The notes under the pieces were generated by a model. The model saw only the letters and a list, made by a program, of their open reading frames with translations. It did not search any database and had not been told where the DNA came from. A stretch of 57,225 bases of DNA, counting the filler, from Dugesia japonica (lineage: Eukaryota): the NCBI GenBank assembly GCA_001938525.1. It is 5 parts of 5 records of this genome, joined end to end, with 100 filler letters (N's around TTAATTAATTAA, not from the genome) between each part and the next. Parts side by side here need not be neighbours in the genome. Positions count along the whole stretch, not along the records: positions 31,901 to 48,087 come from MQRL01640736.1; positions 48,188 to 57,225 come from MQRL01541021.1; 3 more parts are not named here. One strand, 5' to 3'. Both the position numbers and the translations under genes were made by a program. The number at the start of each line of letters is the position of its first letter. The stretch's first letter is position 1. This document shows positions 39,151-52,890 of this stretch, piece by piece.

Positions 39151-41139
39151 TAAGAGGATGTTTTACCATAATTTTCTAGAGAAGCAGTCGTAAAATATCA
39201 ATGTAAAATATTTGTAATAAAATAAAATTTCCTATAAAATACAAAAAAAAATTTCTTAAGATTAAAACCATTGAACAAATTTTTTGGCTGGCGACCTGTT
39301 ATGTCCCCACTCCTTGAGTCAAAACGAGAGAAGATGAGAGGATTTTCCAATATTTTTTCGTTCGAAACCATACAGAGTTCTCACAAGAGTTTCCTTATCA
39401 GTATAGTCCAACAATCAAGATCGTTACTAGGGCGGGATACTTTAATAATAACCAAAGCAAAATAATTTAATTAGAAATTAAATTTATAAATTGCGTTCGT
39501 ATTCAAAGTTAATAAAAATTCAAAATATCGACTCCATGATTTGTCAATGGTAATTTTACGTGGTTAGTAATCATATTAATAGGTTTCAATTTATTATTAA
39601 TTTCAATTTATTATTATTAATGTTAAAATATGGGTTTCAATATGAAAAATATTCGTTTTTATAATTAAATTTAAGACCATTAAACCAGATACAATTAACA
39701 AATCAATTGTTGTAAGTAGAACCCACTACACTAGTATTTATTGATATTTTCATCACATTGGGATAAGCAAGTAATTCCTTTTCAATTATTTCTTATCCAA
39801 ACTATATTTTACCTCATTCTTCAATAAGTTTCCTTGCTTTAAGTTAGAAAAATGATAAGTAAGAATTTGAGTGTTGAAAGCTAATGCAAATGAGTCCAAG
39901 AAAGACCGAGACAGTGTTAACTAATTTAATTGTAGTCAAATAATTTTATCTGAAATTTACATAAATGTTTTTTGAATCGAAAAAAAATGACACGAACTTT
40001 TCTAAAATCAAAACTCCTGTGTATAAGAATGAGACAATAATTCTAAAATTTACTAGAACCTCTTTGAAATGGTTGAAAATGTACTAAATATTTTCTGAAG
40101 CCGGTTAAAATTTCCACAATTTCTTTTATCATCATTGAAAATTTACAGGAACTTTCCTAAAACTGCTTAAGATTTACACAATATTTTCTGTAATAATGGT
40201 TTTAATACTACTAAAATTCATGACCCACTGATTCATTCATAAAATAACTTAGTAAAACACATTGATTTGAATTTTAAATAATCTCCATACGGAGTATTGA
40301 GTATTAATAATTCGATTTGATATACTTTTATAAAACGTTAATCAGTTTAAACGTGTTCAAATATTCTTCGAATTCATTTACCTATCCATCACTAAGTTAA
40401 TGGCTTTTTCTGTTCATCGCTTATTTCATATAGTAAGCTCTATAATTCACACTGAATATATACTTTGCAACTAATAACCGGTTAATTATTCGCATATTTT
40501 TACTTTAACATAGAAAATTCCTTTGAAAATAGATTTCTAATGTAATTATTGCCTATTAATAATATACTTGTAACATAAATGTTTTTCAACTATTAAAATT
40601 CTAACCAATTATTCTTTAACATATCATTAACCTTTAGAATCAATTAATTTATTCGTGTCAATATTTTATTAATTAATTAGTTAAATCTTCACAGAAATTT
40701 TATTCAATCAATTAAAATTTACAATCAACATATACAAAATTTTAAATACAGCTTATAGATTCAATACATTAGATAATTGTAATACACGAATAAAAAATAC
40801 ATATTATAAATTAAATTTTAATTTAATTTTAACGATACAAATAGAACAATTTATTAAAAATACACAAAATCTAATTATATTTCAAATTACAATTAAAATT
40901 ATAGATCAAATTAAATAATTAATTACCAATTAAACAATATATTTACCACTAGTGAAGAGTGAAAACAAGTAAAGACTTGGAAAACCAGTGCACAATGAGC
41001 AGAATAGTGATGATTGAAATCAAGTGCCCTGTGATCAGAGCACAGGAGCTGAGCACTAGTGAGCAGTACACAGAATTTTGATAACTGAAGACTGGTGATG
41101 AGTAAAATTTCATCTAAATTCATCTAAAATACCACCAAA

Positions 41140-42595
41140 AATTGACGTTACCCTAATAAATTATCATCCTATTCCTCGGGGATTCCTAAATTAATTACAT
41201 GTTTTTTCAATATATATTTTATCTATAAAGTTTGGTGATTTTAGATTAACATATTTGGAATCAATGTAGAATTCTCTATCGAATAGACTGGTTTTATAAT
41301 TAAATTTGAGATACTTTTATTTTTAATTAATTATTAAAAATTAAAAACTTAACTTTTTTCAAAGTAATTTGATTTCACTAATTTCTACTGTATATATTCT
41401 TGATTAGTAAAAAATTCTCTATATTAAATTTGGATGAAAATTATAAAAAATAATTTTTTTATTTGTGTTGGTTAAGCATTCTCGGAATTTTCAACTATGC
41501 TTTTTCAATTTTTCTTTGTCAAAATTAAGTTTGGCGATTTTAAATGATGTTTTCTTGATCAGTAAAAAATTCTCTATCAAAAAATTTGTTACGATTCGAG
41601 GAAAAACATTTTCAAAAATTGTCAAAAATTCTCAGGGGTATCCCTTTTTTCTCAATCCCAGACAGGATTTGACGATTTTTAACTAGATCAGTCATGATCA
41701 ACGGAATATGCTCTATTGAGTAGACTAGTTTATAATTAAATTTGAGAAGAAAATATTTTTCAAATAAATTAATTTTAGCTAGAAATGATCCCGAGGTCAT
41801 TTTGGATTGATTTATGTAAAAATCTCGAAAAACACGTTATGAAAAATTTTCGAAATTTGCGAGGTTCCGAATTTTCATGAAAAATTCATTTAAAAAATTT
41901 GAAAATTTTCATATAATTTAAACAACATGGATTTTTCACCCGGATTTCCACAAAGAATTTTATTATCTTATAAAAACCTGAAAATTTAAGCAAGTTCGTC
42001 TTTTACCATGAATTTCCTTAAAATTCAACCCAAACTGACCAGTCCAAAGAAATTATCACTCAAATTCACCTAAAACTGACCCTTGTTAATTGACCGTTAC
42101 CAGCCAAAAACAATCCAAAACCAACCTCCGTGAGTAAATATTTCACCAATTTTATTTTTACTGCTTAAACATCCAAAAGATTTTCCCAACTAAATAAACA
42201 AGGAAAAATCAAACCAATTTCCCGTTTAATAAACCTAAAAAGTTTTCCCAACTAAAAAGCCTAAAATTGGAAAATAATTTGCCAAACTTTACAAAATACG
42301 ATTAAAAGTTATGTAATTGCATAATAATTTTGCTCGCAATCTAAAAAACCTGAAAAATTTAACACCAATTAATCCTTTCAAAATAAATTTCCCCGATTAA
42401 ATTAATCTAATGACATAATTTGTGTGCAAAGAATTTTGCCAACTAAACACACAGGAAAAATAAAACCAAATTGACTAATATTACCTAATATGATGTAAGC
42501 TTTAATTTCCCAACTAAATGCATTAGGATTATGTTTCGCTACATCAATAATCCTGGGAGGGGTACTGAATGTGTGTGGTGTTAACCACCAGTATC
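41140..42595. repeat. Dispersed non-coding repeat, related to 14260-15390
   Basis: Iterated ttcccaactaaa and aattctctatc motifs; shared 3' block. Confidence 0.55.
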
Positions 42596-44286
42596 TTTCT
42601 ACTTGAAATTATTATGAACAAGTATGTATGCTCTGCTTCATACATCCGGGATGTCAAAAAAATTCCTCAAAACATTGACAAATTAAATCTTTAACTTAGG
42701 ATAACTTTAAGCGATTTTAACATTTTTAATAATTCTTATAGTTTGTCATAGAATAAGCCAAGACTTTAGAATGTTGAATGATTCTACAAAATGTTTTCAT
42801 TCCAAATGCAAAATCTACAAACCTTGTTTCATCACATTTATGGTTGAACAAAATTGTCTTCTTTCTGTCAAAAAGTTAACAATAACTCAGAATAATTCGG
42901 ACTCAAATCTAAAGAATTTAATAATCATAAAATAACAAATGATTACATTTTTGTTATTCTAATGAACCTATCAAAAGCAGTCTATAGCGCGTTTAAAATT
43001 GAAGTAATGAATTTAATTAAATTTTCAGGTTTTCGAATAACCACTATGTATATTTTTTTTAATAATGTTTTTATTATGTTTTAAATGAAATTTTCATTTC
43101 CGGGTTTTAATGCAAAATTTGCTTGGTTTTAGCAAAATATTTGTATTAGTGGTCATTTGTATCGATTAAAATATAATATTTAAGCTAATATTTAAAGTTC
43201 TAAGCTAATTATTAAAAGTTGAAAAACATATTAGATCTACAAATAAATTATCCAAAATTTTCAGTTCACTTCAAAATTTATTAAAAATAAGTAACACCAA
43301 GTTTTCAAAGCAATCAACGTTGTTATTTATAACTTTAAGCTGTCTTATAGGCAGCTGATGAATTTCATTTCGAAAAAAGTCTGGGTATTTGGACTCGATA
43401 AAGACGTCAAGCCATTTTCGGATGGCATACATTAATTGAAAGTGTTTATCACAAGAAACATGCTACATCAATTAAAATAAATGATAATCAATTGAATACT
43501 CAAATTTCCGGCCAAGTTTTATTATAGAGTTCTTTTTTTTTGAAGCAATAATTCCATAGGACGTTTTTATTTTTCACTAAGCAAGCGTTTTAGCTCCAAA
43601 TATCGACTTAATTTGATTAATTAGTATTATTAGCTATTATCAGTAACTATTTCACCGGGTTCCTATAGCCCTTAATATCCCACCAGATGCAAAGCATTAC
43701 TTTTTCTCTAAACGATTGGCTTTTGCGACGTGTAAACTTTTTACGTTTAGTATATTGTATCTATTTTTCATCTCCCGTCATAAATTTTTGAGTATTAATA
43801 TAAATTAATATTAATATTAATCTAAATTTTTTATTTTAATAGAAAATTAATGTTTTGATGTCACTTTTCTGAAAAATAGTTTATTAGCTTGATTAGTTGT
43901 TTGAATTTATTGTGTTTTGCTTTTTCGTAGTAACCATAGAAATTAATAACAACTTTCTATGAATTTGAATTAAGCGTTATTTGTTACTATATTTAAAGCC
44001 TCAAGGCTTTATGGAAAAAGCCCGCTGAAAAAGACCATGCCCCAAGAGCGTGAAAACATGAAAGGCGCCCGGATGTGCAATTAAACTTTCTTAAACTTTA
44101 GAAACCGTTATATTACATTTATTAAGGTTTCATCAGATCTTAGACTGGAAAAGAAATTTAGTGGGTACCCATTTGCACAGATAATTTTTAAACTGTTGAT
44201 CAATTACTTGAAATTAATTGATCAATAATAAAATCAATTTCCCAATTGTTGTCTTCTATTTCAATAGAAAAATAAAAATAAAATAC

Positions 44287-44452
44287 TTTCACTTGACACT
44301 TGTCTAAGTCTTTCTAAATCAGATTTTGTGGCGACAATTAATATGGCTGATGTCGATAATGATTCCAATAACTTTTGAAGAGTTTCAGTGCACCAGTCAA
44401 AGCTGTTTTTGTCTTCAATAGAGTAAACTATTATGTAGGCATCAGGACTTTC
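44287..44452 (-). CDS. Internal exon of a Ras-superfamily (RGK/Rad-Gem-like) small GTPase
   Basis: ag|ESPDAYIIVYSIEDKNSFDWCTETLQKLLESLSTSAILIVATKSDLERLRQVSSE|gt; G4 box TKSD. Confidence 0.8.
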
Positions 44453-45099
44453 CTAATATATTGAAAAAAATATCATGTCCAATTTTAATTAAATACTTTC
44501 ATTATTAATTAATTATTTTTACAATTACAATGATTGCGAGAATAATTCTTATAAATACAATGAAGAATAAAAAATATAAAATGTATATAAAAAAGGAAAA
44601 GCTATATTTTTAAAGAAAAATTGATTAATTAATTAATTCACTATTTAATTTACAGTACTCTCTAAACATGTAAAAGAAGATACTGTAAGTAGTTATTTTG
44701 TAATTTAAGTAACATTTAATATTTCTAAAACTTGTCTATATCTCAATATTATCAAATTTTATTTTTTTATAAATATGTTTTCACAAAATTCTAGCCAAAT
44801 AAGCGGAAAATCATTAAATATGAATTATTATTCTGAGAAAAATTTTTTATTAAATACAAAGAAGTAAATTAATTTTAAATTAATTAATTTTAAAAGGGAA
44901 TAATTCATTAAAAAATCTTTTAATAAAAATAATTCATTTATCAACGATTGATTATTTTATTTTTTACAAATAGATTCTTTAAAGTTAATTTAAATGAAAA
45001 TAAAGATTTCTTTGTTCAAATAATAACTTTATTTATCTTTTCGATAAAAATAAATTCTTATAAATAAATTTAGTGTTATTAATTCAAAAGTTCTAACGT

Positions 45100-46740
45100 T
45101 AGCAAGTTATTCTACTAACACCATGGAAGCTGTATACACAGAAAATTAAGACGCAAAAAGAAATATACGCAATCTGATAAATAAAATCGAGGAAGAAGAT
45201 AAAAGCAAATAGTAGGCAGAAATAGATAAAGTCAATTTTGTTTAGTCTACCCAAACAACCGGGCTCCACAGTAGAGATGTTGATTGGATAGGATATCCTC
45301 ATATGGCTAATAAGTGGGAGAATGAGGCCAGGATAAGCGTGAAAATATACAAGTTCCTAAAGATAGAAAAGTTAAAAGAGGAGATATAAAGAATTGAAAC
45401 GATTGAAGAAGGACAATTGGTTAAAATTTCGTATAATAGCCTACAAGGAAGGTGAAGTGTGAAGAAAATAATAACGAACAGAGCTAACATGTTTAGGACA
45501 GATAAATTAAGGGTGAAGGCGCCAGGTAAAAAATAAGATAGTGACAAAGGTGAACCAATCAACATTAAACTGTATTATCGGCTACTAAATTTGGAAGTGA
45601 GAATTGAAGAAACTATGCATAATATATGTTCAAAAATCGGATTTTACTATAATTCAATTCTACTTGGAACATACTGGTAATGTAAGAATGGAAGAAAACA
45701 AAAAAGATATAAGAATATTTTAGGATTTCAGAAGGTAGACAGACTGCAATAGAGAGACATGCATTACCAATTCCAAACAGGAGTTGTTAATTTTATTTTA
45801 TGTATTCGTGTTTTTTAGCTCAATCGATCTAAGTAATGAATATTATCAAGTAGGACTAGTCCGACAATTTCAGTAAACAATAAAAAAATTGTCAATTATG
45901 TTTTAGTAGAATGTCGTTTGAAAATGCAACAGAATGAGGTAAACTTAAGGAAATGATGAAAAATTATTCGGTGTATTTGTTTGATTGTGTATTTATAAGA
46001 CATTGATTTACTCAAGCGATGAATGGAAACATTATGTAATAATTGAGAAAGTCTTATAGAAGATTATAGAAGTAGAACTAAAGAATAATCCAAAAAAGTG
46101 TCAAGTTAAATCAAGTTTAACATAATCATCAAAGTAGGAGCATGTACCGATCCTTCTAGAATTGAGACCATACAAAACTTTGGAAAGCCCAAGGTAATCG
46201 AAGCTTTTTGGCATTTGTAATTAATTAAGAAAATTTAGGCAAAAATCAAGAATTTTACAACAATTATGCAAAAAGATTGGACTGGATTGGAAAAACAAAT
46301 AACAAAAAGCAATTTTACCTATCCTATATTACCGGATCTAAAAATAAATTCATTTTGAACAGATGTTTGTTTCGATCAGAGCATTATTATCAGAAAGAAA
46401 TAAAGACTGAAAGCACAAAGTATTTGGCGATTTACTACCTTTGCAAGCATTTTAAGTACTATCCAAAATAAAAACGATTCACGCTCAGAAAAGGCTACGT
46501 GGCTATAACGATTATGATAACAACCAGAATACCAATAACGTCTCAATCTCAAACCTGGATCAGTTATTTAAGCAGATTGATGGAAGAATATTGGAAAGTA
46601 ATTAAATCAAAGGATAGCAGACATGAAGTCGAGAACGAAATGCGAAACTTGAGTTTAGTGCCTGATAACTCACGAGTACATAGATATGTGCACACTAAAC
46701 CACATCCAGAAGACAAAAGGGATTTAAGAATTTTGATGGT
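45100..46740 (+). mobile_element. Highly decayed Ty3/Gypsy pol (RT/RNase H) remnant
   Basis: LIYSSDEWKH...NPKKCQ and TDPSRIETIQNFGKPK...GICN*LRKF. Confidence 0.65.
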
Positions 46741-48087
46741 TTAAAAATTTTGCATTTCTATAATTTTAAATTCATTGAAAATATTGAGAAAAAAATTTTA
46801 AATATAAGATTTTTTTAAATTTTTGCAAACAATTAACAGCGAATATTTTCAATGAATTTGAAATTATAAAAAATATCTAATGAAAATTGAATTTACTCAA
46901 ATGACTTTAATTTTTTATTGTTATTTTGAAGTTTATGATCAGAATTCACTGAAAAAGGCATAGCCGAAATACAGTAAAAATGTAAAAAAAGAAGTACAAT
47001 TTTGATCTTTCGCTTTTAAAACATTTTATTTTAAATGAAATTGTTTTTTCAGTTATTTGTGATGGATTTAGTTATATTTTAATCGTAATAGAAAACTGAA
47101 TGTACATTGTCTAAATGAAAATTGCTTCATTCACAAGAATATATATAATTATATTAATAATTATTAATTATAACTGTAAATGTTATTAATTTTAAAAATA
47201 TTTTGATACCACTAAACTCAAAATAAAACGTTACTAGAGAAAAATGCTTCGTTCTCACTTTAAGGGTTGTTACACACTAAACCACTAATGGTTTAGACAA
47301 TTTATATCGAAACCTTTATCATTTGAAAGGAAATTAAAATTTAAGTCAGTATTGTATCAATAACTTGTATCTTTAAAATTTTCCTTCCTTGTGAAAATGA
47401 AAGTAAAAAGTTTGAATTTAGAATTTCGATATTTAATTTCTAATAGTAGTAATCGTATGGTGACAAAGTTGGTATCTTTAGAATCATAATAAAATTATGA
47501 TGATGTTGAAGTTTACACGACAATTTTTATAATCGTGAGCTGTAATTAAACTTAAATGAAATTAAATATATGACTGAGTTCAATAAGGTGCATCTCTGTG
47601 GATTGATTTATTTAGTTTCAATAAATAAATAATACTCTAATTTGAATTGAACCAAAAATCTTCCTTTAACAACCAAAATATATTTGAATTGAAATAACAA
47701 AATAGTTATCTTCACAAATTCATAAAATTTTATTTCTTTGCAAATCTGCAAAATTCATACGAAAATAAAAACGTTTATATAGTGCTTTCTACGCACACAT
47801 GTATATTGGCTTTTACTAATGTCCTCCAGTAAAATGTTTCATCAAATAAAATTCAATAATTTTTCCAATCAAATGATTTGGTCACATCGCAATTCCATTA
47901 GTCGCACATCAGCTTTTAATTTTCGCTATAAGCAGAGAGATTGCAATCAAATCCATTAAAATTTTAAATTGTTTGTTTCATTATTCATATTGATTTGTAT
48001 TTTTACAATATTTATTTTTATAATTTTATTTACAGTATTATACACATTTAAATTTTAAAATTTGATGTTTTAATTTATTTTGAGCTT

Positions 48088-48187
48088 NNNNNNNNNNNNN
48101 NNNNNNNNNNNNNNNNNNNNNNNNNNNNNNNTTAATTAATTAANNNNNNNNNNNNNNNNNNNNNNNNNNNNNNNNNNNNNNNNNNNN
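48088..48187. other. Artificial scaffold-joining spacer
   Basis: N44-TTAATTAATTAA-N44. Confidence 0.95.
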
Positions 48188-48497
48188 TTTATTGGTTTCT
48201 TAATGTGATTTATACTTTTCCTACGAAATTGTAGCAGATTTTATGAATCTCTGTTCTGTAAAAATCGTATTTACTCATATTCCAATATGTATTTTATGTG
48301 TCGAACAAATTTATTCTATAAAATATTAATGAAATCAGTTGATATTTTTAATTTTATTCTTTATCTGTATTCTTAGTAAAATTATTATCAATAACATCAT
48401 TAAAACTTATTCTTGTGCATTGTTTCAATAACAGTTTTGTTTTCATTCACTATCATTATATTACTTCCTTCGATATGTACAGTCAAGGAGTTATTCT

Positions 48498-48760
48498 GAC
48501 CGTTCACATCTCGTCTTAAATCCCACCGAGTCCATCCAAAATTGAACTTATCGATTAGCTTGCGTAGTTTTAACTCAGCTAAGTTTGATTACATTATGTA
48601 CATATTCGGTGGCAATGCTTTCGACCGTTCACATTCGGTCTCAAATGTATACCACCGCAACTGTCTTTATCTAACCTTTATGTGATTAAAATAAAAACAG
48701 ACGAACTCAGTTGGATTCTAATAGTCGCTGCGGTTTACGATTTGAGACGAGATGTGAACA
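48498..48760. mobile_element. MITE-like inverted repeat (possibly PIF/Harbinger)
   Basis: gttcacatctcgtcttaaatc vs gatttgagacgagatgtgaac, with an internal third copy at ~48623. Confidence 0.45.
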
Positions 48761-48889
48761 AAATCATGCAGCAATCACACTAAGATTTCAATCAACTTGC
48801 TTAATTTTATGAACTGTATATAATGTGAATAAATATTTTATTGTGATTAATGTTTGATTTGTCCTTTTAATATTATTAATATTTTCTTG

Positions 48890-48973
48890 GGTGCAACTAA
48901 TGTTAATGGTAATAATGCGCGCGGTGCAACTAATGTTAATGGTAATATTGCGCGCGGTGCAACTAATGTTAAT
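48890..48973. repeat. 33-bp tandem repeat x2.5 containing TAATGTTAAT
   Basis: ggtgcaactaatgttaatggtaat(a/t)tgcgcgc-type unit starting at 48890, 48923 and 48956. Confidence 0.85.
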
Positions 48974-49214
48974 TTTTAGGAAGGAATTCACCAATTTTCT
49001 GCAAAAAAATTCATAAACCTCATTGTTTTCACTTAATTTAAACAATAATCTTTAATTTCGTCTGATTAAAACAAAAAATCGCTTAATTTAATCAAATATA
49101 ATCAAAATCACACCGATGACTCATCAAAAATCAGGTACAATTGATCTTGGCTTAAAAAATTACCATGGTTAAAAATACTCATTACCACTGTAATTCTGTA
49201 ATTATAAATTAAAT

Positions 49215-49534
49215 TTTACAATTGCAATTATTGCGAGAATAATTGTTGGACATTCTATTCTATTGATCGTTTTATAGAATTCATTTAATAAAAAAGCTTT
49301 GATCAAAATTTAGGTTTTATTTATTGATATTGGATNNNNNNNNNNNNNNNNNNNNNNNNNNNNNNNNNNNNNNNNNNNNNNNNNNTTTAGGTTTTATTTA
49401 TTGATATTGGATAACAATTCGATATTTCGACCTTGTCTTCGTCAGGAATTGACTTTTTCGAAATATCAAATTGTTATCCAATATCAATAAATAAAAACTA
49501 AATTTTCATCAAAGCTTTTATATTAAATGAATTC
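49215..49534. mobile_element. Palindromic Penelope-like pLTR insertion
   Basis: 12-bp TSD tataaattaaat (49203-49214 / 49535-49546); terminal hairpin caattattgcgagaataattg. Confidence 0.8.
49415..49451 (-). ncRNA. Intact minimal type-I hammerhead ribozyme
   Basis: Reverse complement CAATTC-CTGACGA-A-GAC-aag-GTC-GAAA-ta-TC-GAATTG: perfect 6-bp helix I, 3-bp helix II, palindromic ATAT helix III, UC cleavage site. Confidence 0.85.
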
Positions 49535-49893
49535 TATAAATTAAATATTTAAATTTTTACACATCAAAAATCAAGAACAGTTGGCCTTGAATTATTTCGA
49601 CCAATCAAATTAAGTACCGAAAAAAATACTGGAGGTCGGTGGAGTGCGGCACTGTCTACCTACCGTAGTCGTTATGCATTAAATTTTTTTGTTTATTTTA
49701 GAGAGGTTTAAGAGTATACAATTTCATTTTACATACACACACACACAAAACGTACACTGCCGAAGCATTTTCAAAAATCAAAATTAAAAGATAAAGTTAT
49801 TTGTNNNNNNNNNNNNNNNNNNNNNNNNNNNNNNNNNNNNNNNNNNNNNNNNNNTTGATCAAAATTTAGGTTTTATTTATTGATATTGGATAA

Positions 49894-49930
49894 CAATTCG
49901 ATATTTCGACCTTGTCTTCATCAGGAATCG
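49894..49930 (-). ncRNA. Intact minimal type-I hammerhead ribozyme (duplicate copy)
   Basis: Reverse complement CGATTC-CTGATGA-A-GAC-aag-GTC-GAAA-ta-TC-GAATTG. Confidence 0.82.
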
Positions 49931-50479
49931 ACTTTTTCGAAATATCAAATTGTTATCCAATATCAATAAATAAAACCTAAATTTTGATCAAAGCTTTTGT
50001 ATATAATATATAATACATAATTTATATTAAATGAATTATATAAATTAAATATTAAAATTTTTACACATTAAAAATCAAGAACAGTTGGCCTTGAATTATT
50101 TCGACCAATCAAATTAAGTACCGAAAAAAATACTGGAGGTAGGTGGTGTGCGGCACTGTCACCTACCGTGGTCGTTATAAATTAAAATTTTTTGTTGATT
50201 TTAGAGAGGTTTAAGAGTATACAATTTCATTTTACACACACACACACACAAAACGTACACTGTCGAAGCATTTTCAAAAATCAAAATTAAAAGATAAAGT
50301 TATTTGTATAGGCATAAATTAAAATATATTTTAGAAAATTAGTTTTCAGTATTGAAGTTACTCTAGCTAAAATATAAATGAAGTTTAGAAGAGATAACTG
50401 TATCTTTCATCGAAAAATTATGAAAAACAAATTGTACTCATTTGTTAATTGCAAAGAAATTAATAATGCATGTGCTCAC

Positions 50480-50728
50480 TTGCCATCCGTAAAAGTCTTC
50501 ATCTAATACTATTATTACTGATGAATACAGATATGCGTTGGCCTTTTCTTTTCGTTTTTGGTCTTCTATATGCTTTTCATTAGTAAATCTTTGATGCAAA
50601 TTAATCGGTATATCATCACGATCAATCTGTTGGAGTAATTCTCTAACATCCGCTTCACACATATATACAAGCATATAAGCGTTAGTACATTGTTTGATTG
50701 ACATGTCCTCCTCATTACCACCGTAATT
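50480..50728 (-). CDS. USP7: USP7 exon (end of catalytic domain and linker helix)
   Basis: ag|NYGGNEEDMSIKQCTNAYMLVYM...LDEDFYGWQ|gtgag; 249 nt, phase 0, continues the 53523-53912 exon. Confidence 0.9.
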
Positions 50729-51829
50729 CTGTAATTATAAATTGAAATGCAGAAGATCAAATAAATTTTCACACATTGAAATTATTAAATGTATACACAA
50801 TTTAATACTTTTTAAGTGTCTTAAAAATTTTTAATATGAATTAAAATTTAAAATTATCTGTAAAATAAGCATAAAGATAAATATCAAATTCTTCATAATT
50901 TATATTTTCTTAAAGAAAAAAAGAGGATATATTTTTTAAAATTAAATTTCGTGAAAATTGAAAACACGTAGTATTCACATTCATCGCACCAAGCTTTACG
51001 TTCTTGTTATAAATTGTAATATCTTTTCTATTCAACATTTACAAAGACTAAAAAGTATTGAATGTTAATTGTTTAGTTTTATAAATAAAGCTAAACCTCT
51101 TTATAACGTCACTCGAGATCACAAAATTATTGTTAAAGATGTTTTAAAATATTTAATACAAAATAACATTAAAATAAGGTTTATACTGTTTTTTTTCACA
51201 TTTAAATAAAATAAAGTGAGCGGTTTTAGTATTTTTAATTTGAAAATTGACGGAGTTTATAATATAAATTTCAATACTTACCAAAATNNNNNNNNNNNNN
51301 NNNNNNNNNNNNNNNNNNNNNNNNNNNNNNNNNNNNNNNNNNNNNNNNNNNNNNNNNNNNNNNNNNNNNNNNNNNNNNNNNNNNNNNNNNNNNNNNNNNN
51401 NNNNNNNNNNNNNNNNNNNNNNNNNNNNNNNNNNNNNNNNNNNNNNNNNNNNNNNNNNNNNNNNNNNNNNNNNNNNNNNNNNNNNNNNNNNNNNNNNNNN
51501 NNNNNNNNNGATGAATAAAATGGACAAAAAATTTATATTATTAATGACAAGTAATGTATTTAATAAGTCGAATACACTAGGTTTTCTTATAACATGTTCT
51601 CAAAATCCTTTACTTCAACAGATAGCATCAAATCAATTCTTCGTGGGAAGGACAATATTGCAGTTTGCAGCTCTTCAGAAGTAAAACGGGAGCACTCTTC
51701 TTTTATTCGGAATTCCACTTCCATAATATTTTTTGTTTTTGGTAATGGAAAACNNNNNNNNNNNNNNNNNNNNNNNNNNNNNNNNNNNNNNNNNNNNNNN
51801 NNNAAAATTTATATTATTAATGACAAGTA

Positions 51830-52890
51830 ATGTATTTAATAAGTCGAATACACTAGGTTTTCTTATAACATGTTCTCGAAATCCTTTCCTTCAACAGATA
51901 GCATCAAATCAATTCTTCGTGGGAAGGACAATATTGCAGTTTGCAGCTCTTCAGGAGTAAAACGGGAGCACTCTTCTTTTATTCGGAATTCCACTTCCAT
52001 AATATTTTTTGTTTTTGGTAATGGAAAACCCTTGCCTTAAGAGAACCCCAAAACCAATAATCAACTGGTGTCAGGTCTGGTGAACAAGAAGGCCAATTTT
52101 GGGCACATCCACTGGATATGATCATGTTCGCACCAAATGTTTCATTTAAAAAATTTCGGACATCATTGGCATAATGCGGGGATGCTTCATCTTGCATGAA
52201 GTACATTGATTTCATTAATTTTCTTTTTATAAGTTCAAGCCGAACTACATTTTTCAACATGTCAAGGTAATTATTCTTATTTATTGTTTAATAGAAGAAA
52301 AATGGTTCTATAACGAATTTGGAATTGAATCCTATCCAGACACAGAATTTTTCCGGATGTAGCGGTTCTGTCATGAAAAATGTGGGCTTGCAAGAAGCCT
52401 AAATTCGGCGGTGATATCGGCTAATTTTACAATCCAGGTGGAAGTACGCTTCATCAGTCCAGAAAATTTTAGGCAGAATACCCTGATGCTGCAGCAACCA
52501 CAGACTAAATTTAACTCGCTTCTTATAATCTGCTGGCTTTAACTCATAAAGCAGTTGTATTTTATAGGGTTTCAACTTCTCATCTTTCAAAACTCTTTGA
52601 ATCGAGGTAGGTGGAATATTAGTTTCCGCGGATAATCTTCGAATGGACGTTTTAGCATTAGTATCATCCTATGCATCTTTAATAACGGTTTTACGTCCAC
52701 TGATCAAAGAAAGCCTACCATGCAGTTGTCTCAAATTTCCGAATAAGTTTGGTTACTGCCGAACAGGTGCGTGGGTTTTTATTAAAAATTTCTTTCCCTC
52801 TTGATTTGTCTGATTGCAGTTGAAGAAGAATTTGAATTTGCATAATAACATCGAATGATGTCAATTTTTAAATCGAGATTCATATGCATA
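51830..52890 (-). mobile_element. rosa/DD41D-like Tc1-mariner transposase remnant inside the USP7 intron
   Basis: KPYKIQL, FWTDEAYFHL, PLHPEK and FMQDEASPH...WPSCSPDLTPVDYWFWG (42 residues between second and third D here). Confidence 0.85.

Noticed and set aside
50138-50168. GC-rich hairpin as a Helitron 3' end
   Set aside because: The hairpin is present but there is no following CTRR terminus or identifiable 5' end.
51525-52028. Tandem duplications across N gaps (also 18710-19358 and 49386-50306)
   Set aside because: Near-identical sequence on both sides of a gap is typical of unmerged overlaps or haplotypes, so these were not treated as biological.
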